Assembly: GCA_036338695.1 (NCBI GenBank)
Contig: JAYZBQ010000048.1
Location: 256,001 to 320,000, forward strand
Direction of reading: 5' to 3'
DNA: 64,000 nt
Source of the DNA: Myxococcota bacterium
Lineage (GTDB): Bacteria; Myxococcota; UBA4151
The position numbers and the translations under genes are program-made. Numbering within the stretch: position 1 is the first letter of the stretch; each line of letters begins with the position of its first letter. The notes beneath the pieces are model-generated. The model was given only the letters and a program-made list of their open reading frames with translations, did no database searches and was not told where the DNA came from. Positions 60,101-64,000 of this stretch are shown one piece after another.

Positions 60101-61164
60101 ACAATCGCCACGCTGTGATCATGGCCGGAGGCGCCGGCACGCGCCTGTGGCCGCTCGGGCGCCGCGAACGCCCGAAACAGTTCCTCCCGCTCGTCGATGA
60201 GCGCAGCCTCCTGCGCGCCAGCGCTGAGCGGCTCGAAGGGCTGCTGCCGGAAGAGCAAGTCCACATCGTCGCTGGCGCCGACCAACGCGACGAAGCAGAG
60301 AAAGCGTTTGGGGTCATGGGTGACCGCTTCATCGCAGAGCCAGAGGGGCGCAACACGGCGCCGTGCATCGGGCTGGCTTGTCAGTGGCTGGTGCACCGCG
60401 ACCCTTCGGCGATGGTCGCGATCTTGCCGGCCGACCACTGGATCACCGATGAGCCGATCTTTCGCTCGACGCTCGAGCGAGCCTTCGAGTTGGCGCGCGT
60501 CTCAGGCCGCATCGTCACCATCGGCATTGTCCCGACGCACCCTTCGACCGGCTACGGTTACCTCCAGCTCGACGGTGAGGAGGACGACCGCGGGGTCCCC
60601 TTGCGCGCCTTTATCGAGAAGCCCGGCGCGCTTGAGGCGACGCAGATGCTGACCAGCGGTGGGTACCTGTGGAACGCAGGGATGTTCGTGGCGCGTGCGC
60701 AGACGCTGCTCGACGAGATCGAGCGGCAGATGCCGGAGACGGGCGCTGCGCTCAAAGCGATCGGCGAAGCGATCGGCACCCCTGCCTACGAGGCGACGCT
60801 GAGCGAACATTACGCGAACTGTCGCGCCATCAGCATCGACTACGGCGTCATGGAGAACGCAGCGGACGTCTGGGCGGTACCCGGTCGCTTCGGCTGGAGC
60901 GATGTCGGAAGCTGGGATGCGCTCGGTGATGTTCGCCCCTGCGATGACAGCGGAAACGCAACGAAGGGCGAAGCGCTCCTGATCGACTGCACGAATTGCG
61001 TCGTGGACGCCGAGCCAGGCATCACCGTCGCCGCCGCCGACCTCGAAGGCTACGTCATCTCAGCGACGAAAGATGCCGTGCTTGTGCTGCCGCGCCGGTC
61101 CAGCCAACGTGTCAAAGAGCTCTTGTCGGCGCTGGTCGACGAGGGTCGAGAGGACCTGAAATGA
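60097..61164 (+). CDS. manC: Mannose-1-phosphate guanylyltransferase (no PMI domain)
   Basis: MAGGAGTRLWP, PKQF, EPEGRNTAP, LPADH, FIEKP, SIDYGVME, WSDVGSW. Confidence 0.92.
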   Translation: MNNRHAVIMAGGAGTRLWPLGRRERPKQFLPLVDERSLLRASAERLEGLLPEEQVHIVAGADQRDEAEKAFGVMGDRFIAEPEGRNTAPCIGLACQWLVHRDPSAMVAILPADHWITDEPIFRSTLERAFELARVSGRIVTIGIVPTHPSTGYGYLQLDGEEDDRGVPLRAFIEKPGALEATQMLTSGGYLWNAGMFVARAQTLLDEIERQMPETGAALKAIGEAIGTPAYEATLSEHYANCRAISIDYGVMENAADVWAVPGRFGWSDVGSWDALGDVRPCDDSGNATKGEALLIDCTNCVVDAEPGITVAAADLEGYVISATKDAVLVLPRRSSQRVKELLSALVDEGREDLK

Positions 61165-62528
61165 CCATCCCTCATCATGTATTCCGAGCCTACGACGTGC
61201 GCGGCTTGGTCGACATCGACCTCACGCCAACCCTCGCCACGCTCCTCGGTCGAGCGATCGGCAGCGAAATCATCGCGAAAGGCGGGACGACGGCAGCGGT
61301 CGGTCACGACGCACGCGCCAGCGGCCCCGTGCTCGCGGAGGCGCTGATCGCGGGGCTCTGCGCAGCGGGTGTGACGGTCCGCCACATCGGCCAGGTCGCT
61401 AGTCCGCACCTCTACCACGCCGTGGTCCACGGCGAGCTCGGCGGCGGCGTCATGGTGACGGGCTCGCACAACCCGCCAGAGTACAACGGCTTTAAGATCA
61501 TGGTGGGGCCCGGGAGCCTTCATGGCGACGGGATCCAGCGGCTCTACGAGCGCATCCAAACCAACGACTTCCACCATCCCGATCAAGCAGGCGAGGTCCA
61601 ACCCTTTGACGCCATCACGCCCTATGAGCGCGACGTGCTTGAGCGCCTCTCGCCGCTGAGCCGGCCGCTCAAGGTCGTCGTTGATGCCGGCAACGGATGC
61701 GGCGGGCTCGCCGTCCCTGTATTGCGAGCGCAGGGTGCCGAAGTGGTCGAGCTGTTCTGTGAGGCCGACGCCACCTTTCCAAACCACCACCCGGACCCGA
61801 CCGTCGAGCACAACCTGATCGACCTCAAAGCCGCAGTCGCTGAGCATCAAGCCGACGTGGGCATCGCTTTTGATGGCGACGTGGACCGAATCGGGGCAGT
61901 CGACGAGCGCGGGCAGGTGATCTGGGGTGATCTACTGACCCTTTTGTTCGCACGCGCGATCCTGAGCGAGCGCCCCGGCGCCGCCATCATCGGCGAGGTC
62001 AAATGCTCTAAGCTGCTCTACGATGGGATCGCTGAGGCGGGCGGCGACCCGGTCATGTGGAAAGCGGGTCACAGCCTGATCAAAGCCAAAATGAAGGAGA
62101 CCGGAGCGCTGCTCGCCGGTGAGATGAGCGGACACATCTTCTTCGCTGACCGCTTCTATGGTTTTGACGACGCCATCTACGCAGCCGGGCGTCTGCTCGA
62201 GCTGCTCTCCCAGGAAGATCGACCTTTGTCCGCGCACCTCGCCGGGCTCCCCGAGCTCTACTCCACCCCCGAGATCCGCCGAGAATGTGCCAGCGAAGAG
62301 CAAAAATTCGCATTGGTTGAGGCGGCGGTTAAGCACTTCAGCGCACACTACCCCGTCAACGATGTCGACGGGGCACGCATCGACTTTGGTGACTCGTGGG
62401 GCTTGGTGCGCGCCTCCAACACTCAACCGATCCTCGTGCTCCGATTCGAGGCGCCGAGCGAGGAGCGTCTCGAGGCCATTCAATCCCTCGTTGAACGCGA
62501 GTTGGTCGCTCTGGAGAAGACGCTCTGA
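61161..62528 (+). CDS. Phosphomannomutase/phosphoglucomutase (AlgC type)
   Basis: FRAYDVRG, TGSHNP, FDGDVDR, GEMSGH, RASNTQP; start ATG 61161 overlaps the manC stop. Confidence 0.93.
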   Translation: MTIPHHVFRAYDVRGLVDIDLTPTLATLLGRAIGSEIIAKGGTTAAVGHDARASGPVLAEALIAGLCAAGVTVRHIGQVASPHLYHAVVHGELGGGVMVTGSHNPPEYNGFKIMVGPGSLHGDGIQRLYERIQTNDFHHPDQAGEVQPFDAITPYERDVLERLSPLSRPLKVVVDAGNGCGGLAVPVLRAQGAEVVELFCEADATFPNHHPDPTVEHNLIDLKAAVAEHQADVGIAFDGDVDRIGAVDERGQVIWGDLLTLLFARAILSERPGAAIIGEVKCSKLLYDGIAEAGGDPVMWKAGHSLIKAKMKETGALLAGEMSGHIFFADRFYGFDDAIYAAGRLLELLSQEDRPLSAHLAGLPELYSTPEIRRECASEEQKFALVEAAVKHFSAHYPVNDVDGARIDFGDSWGLVRASNTQPILVLRFEAPSEERLEAIQSLVERELVALEKTL

Positions 62529-63328
62529 ACTGGCTCGGTGTCGACCTCGGGGGGACGTGGCTTCGCGCCGACGGCTTCCCGCCTGAACGGATGGCGCAAC
62601 GCTCAGCGGCGGCGGTCATGGACCTCCTCGCCGAGCGCGCCCTACAAGGTGGTTTTGGTGGCCTCGCCATCAGCTTTGCTGGCTGGATTGACGCCGACGG
62701 GCGCGGTATCAGCGCCGGCCCGAACATCGGCTGGGGCGCTGAAGCGCTCGCAGACTACGCAGCGGCGCACGGGCTGCGGTGCCATCTCGAAAACGACCTC
62801 GATGCGCGCGCATGGGGTGAATGGCAAGCCCTCAGCCCGGAAGCGCAGCGCCAAGGCGACCTGATGGTGATCAACGCGGGCAGCGGTTTTGCGCTCGGTA
62901 TGGTCATCGGCGGTCAGCTGCTGCGCGGTCACCACCGTCGCGCCGGCGAAGTAGGTCACCTCCGCGGCGCGGCTAGACGCTACCCCGAGCACAGCGAGGT
63001 CGACATCGTCGAGGGCATCTTAGGCGGCGCTTTTCATCGCCCAGGCGACCTCGACGATGAGGCGTTCAAGGCGCGCTGGCTCGACCAAGCCGAGCAGACG
63101 CTGGCGCCGGTCATCGCAGCGCTTGACCCGGCGCATCTCATCGCCACCGGCGGGATCCTCGATAACCGCCCCGACCTCCTCGGCGCGCTCAACCAGCGCT
63201 TGATCCAATGCCTCCCGAAGGCGTGGTGGGGCACGCTCGAGCTCAAACCCTCGAGCGCCGGAGAGGCGCTGGCGCGGCGTGGCGCGGTCGACCTCGCCGA
63301 GCGCGCAGTTCAGACGGAAAACCGCTGA
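62525..63328 (+). CDS. ROK-family sugar kinase-like protein, probable CTG start
   Basis: GVDLGGT lies in frame upstream of the track ORF; LENDLDA, GSGFALG, AGEVGH. Confidence 0.75.
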   Translation: MNWLGVDLGGTWLRADGFPPERMAQRSAAAVMDLLAERALQGGFGGLAISFAGWIDADGRGISAGPNIGWGAEALADYAAAHGLRCHLENDLDARAWGEWQALSPEAQRQGDLMVINAGSGFALGMVIGGQLLRGHHRRAGEVGHLRGAARRYPEHSEVDIVEGILGGAFHRPGDLDDEAFKARWLDQAEQTLAPVIAALDPAHLIATGGILDNRPDLLGALNQRLIQCLPKAWWGTLELKPSSAGEALARRGAVDLAERAVQTENR

Positions 63329-64000
63329 TGGCTTGGACGCGCCGGCGCTGCAACGCCTGTGGTCAGGTCCTCGTTGAAGAAGAGGCCGTCGTTGCGTCGT
63401 GCCCCGCGTGCGGCGCGCCCGTCGGGATGGACTCAGTGATCCCGGAGACACCCCCTGAGCCAGAGGAGCCCATTGCAGCCGCGCAAGAGCCCGATGAGCC
63501 CTCCAGTGAATCAACGCCAGAGCCTTCGCTGCCTCATGACTGGAACCTCGGCGAGCCGATGCATCGCGTGTTCTGGTTTTGTCTCGCTGCGCCCGATCGC
63601 GTCCCGCTTGCGACGATGTTTCGAAGTTTGCGCTGGGTGTTCTCCATGGCCTGGATCGGTCAGGTGGTCCTGCAGATGAGCTTCCTGATGATCGGCGCAG
63701 CGATGCTGCAAGCTGGTGCTCAAGAGCTTAGCCTCCTGCGCGAGGTCTCAGAGGCGATGAGCGCTTATGAACAAGGCGGACCGGAGGCGAGACGGCAGCG
63801 AGTCGCAAAAGAGCAGATGTGTACGCTCACGATGCTCACCCCCGAGCAGCGCCTGCTCTGCGCGCTGCAGCCAGCGCTTGGTTCGCTCCGAGATGTCGGC
63901 GAGAAGGCGGCGGCACGCGTCCAAGCGATCGAGCAGCTGCGCGGCCCCCAACACCTGGACGCCTGGCTTCGAACGATTGGTGACGGCTTAATCGGCGTCT
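63328..64000 (+). CDS. Zinc-ribbon membrane protein, 3'-truncated by window edge
   Basis: TGATG overlap; MAWTRRRCNACG...CPACG, Pro/Glu linker, hydrophobic segment; frame open to the end. Confidence 0.65.
   Translation, partial: MAWTRRRCNACGQVLVEEEAVVASCPACGAPVGMDSVIPETPPEPEEPIAAAQEPDEPSSESTPEPSLPHDWNLGEPMHRVFWFCLAAPDRVPLATMFRSLRWVFSMAWIGQVVLQMSFLMIGAAMLQAGAQELSLLREVSEAMSAYEQGGPEARRQRVAKEQMCTLTMLTPEQRLLCALQPALGSLRDVGEKAAARVQAIEQLRGPQHLDAWLRTIGDGLIGV

Overview
A gene-dense, GC-rich bacterial chromosomal window of about 50 CDS. I found no rRNA, tRNA, CRISPR array, integrase or transposase. Cys-rich repeat lipoproteins and a Hanks-type kinase suggest a Myxococcota/deltaproteobacterial-type host (inference). 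Core genes include a kdsD-like isomerase, pgi, mgtE, glpK, pssA, tatA/tatC, nrdAB, comM, tldD/pmbA, the lexA-imuA-imuB-dnaE2 mutagenesis cassette, mrp, gyrA, gyrB, ribA, comF, gpmI and a coupled metK-uppP-Nudix-manC-PMM-ROK operon. Five observations stand out. (1) gyrA and gyrB are separate, convergent genes, and both upstream regions carry alternating purine-pyrimidine (Z-DNA-prone) tracts; at gyrB the tract fills the whole 17-bp spacer of a TTTACA/TAGGCT promoter, suggesting a built-in supercoiling sensor. (2) Two tandem AGACA-N2-TGTCT palindromes overlap the lexA-imu promoter and are a candidate non-canonical SOS box. (3) A 10-kb operon encodes a duplicated two-lipoprotein module (Ig/PKD/YfaP-like protein plus Cys-rich/PPC-repeat protein). 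(4) comM is coupled to a miniature RecA-fold ATPase and an RHH-like protein. (5) A ROK gene apparently starts at CTG. All calls come from motif reading only; no database searches were run.
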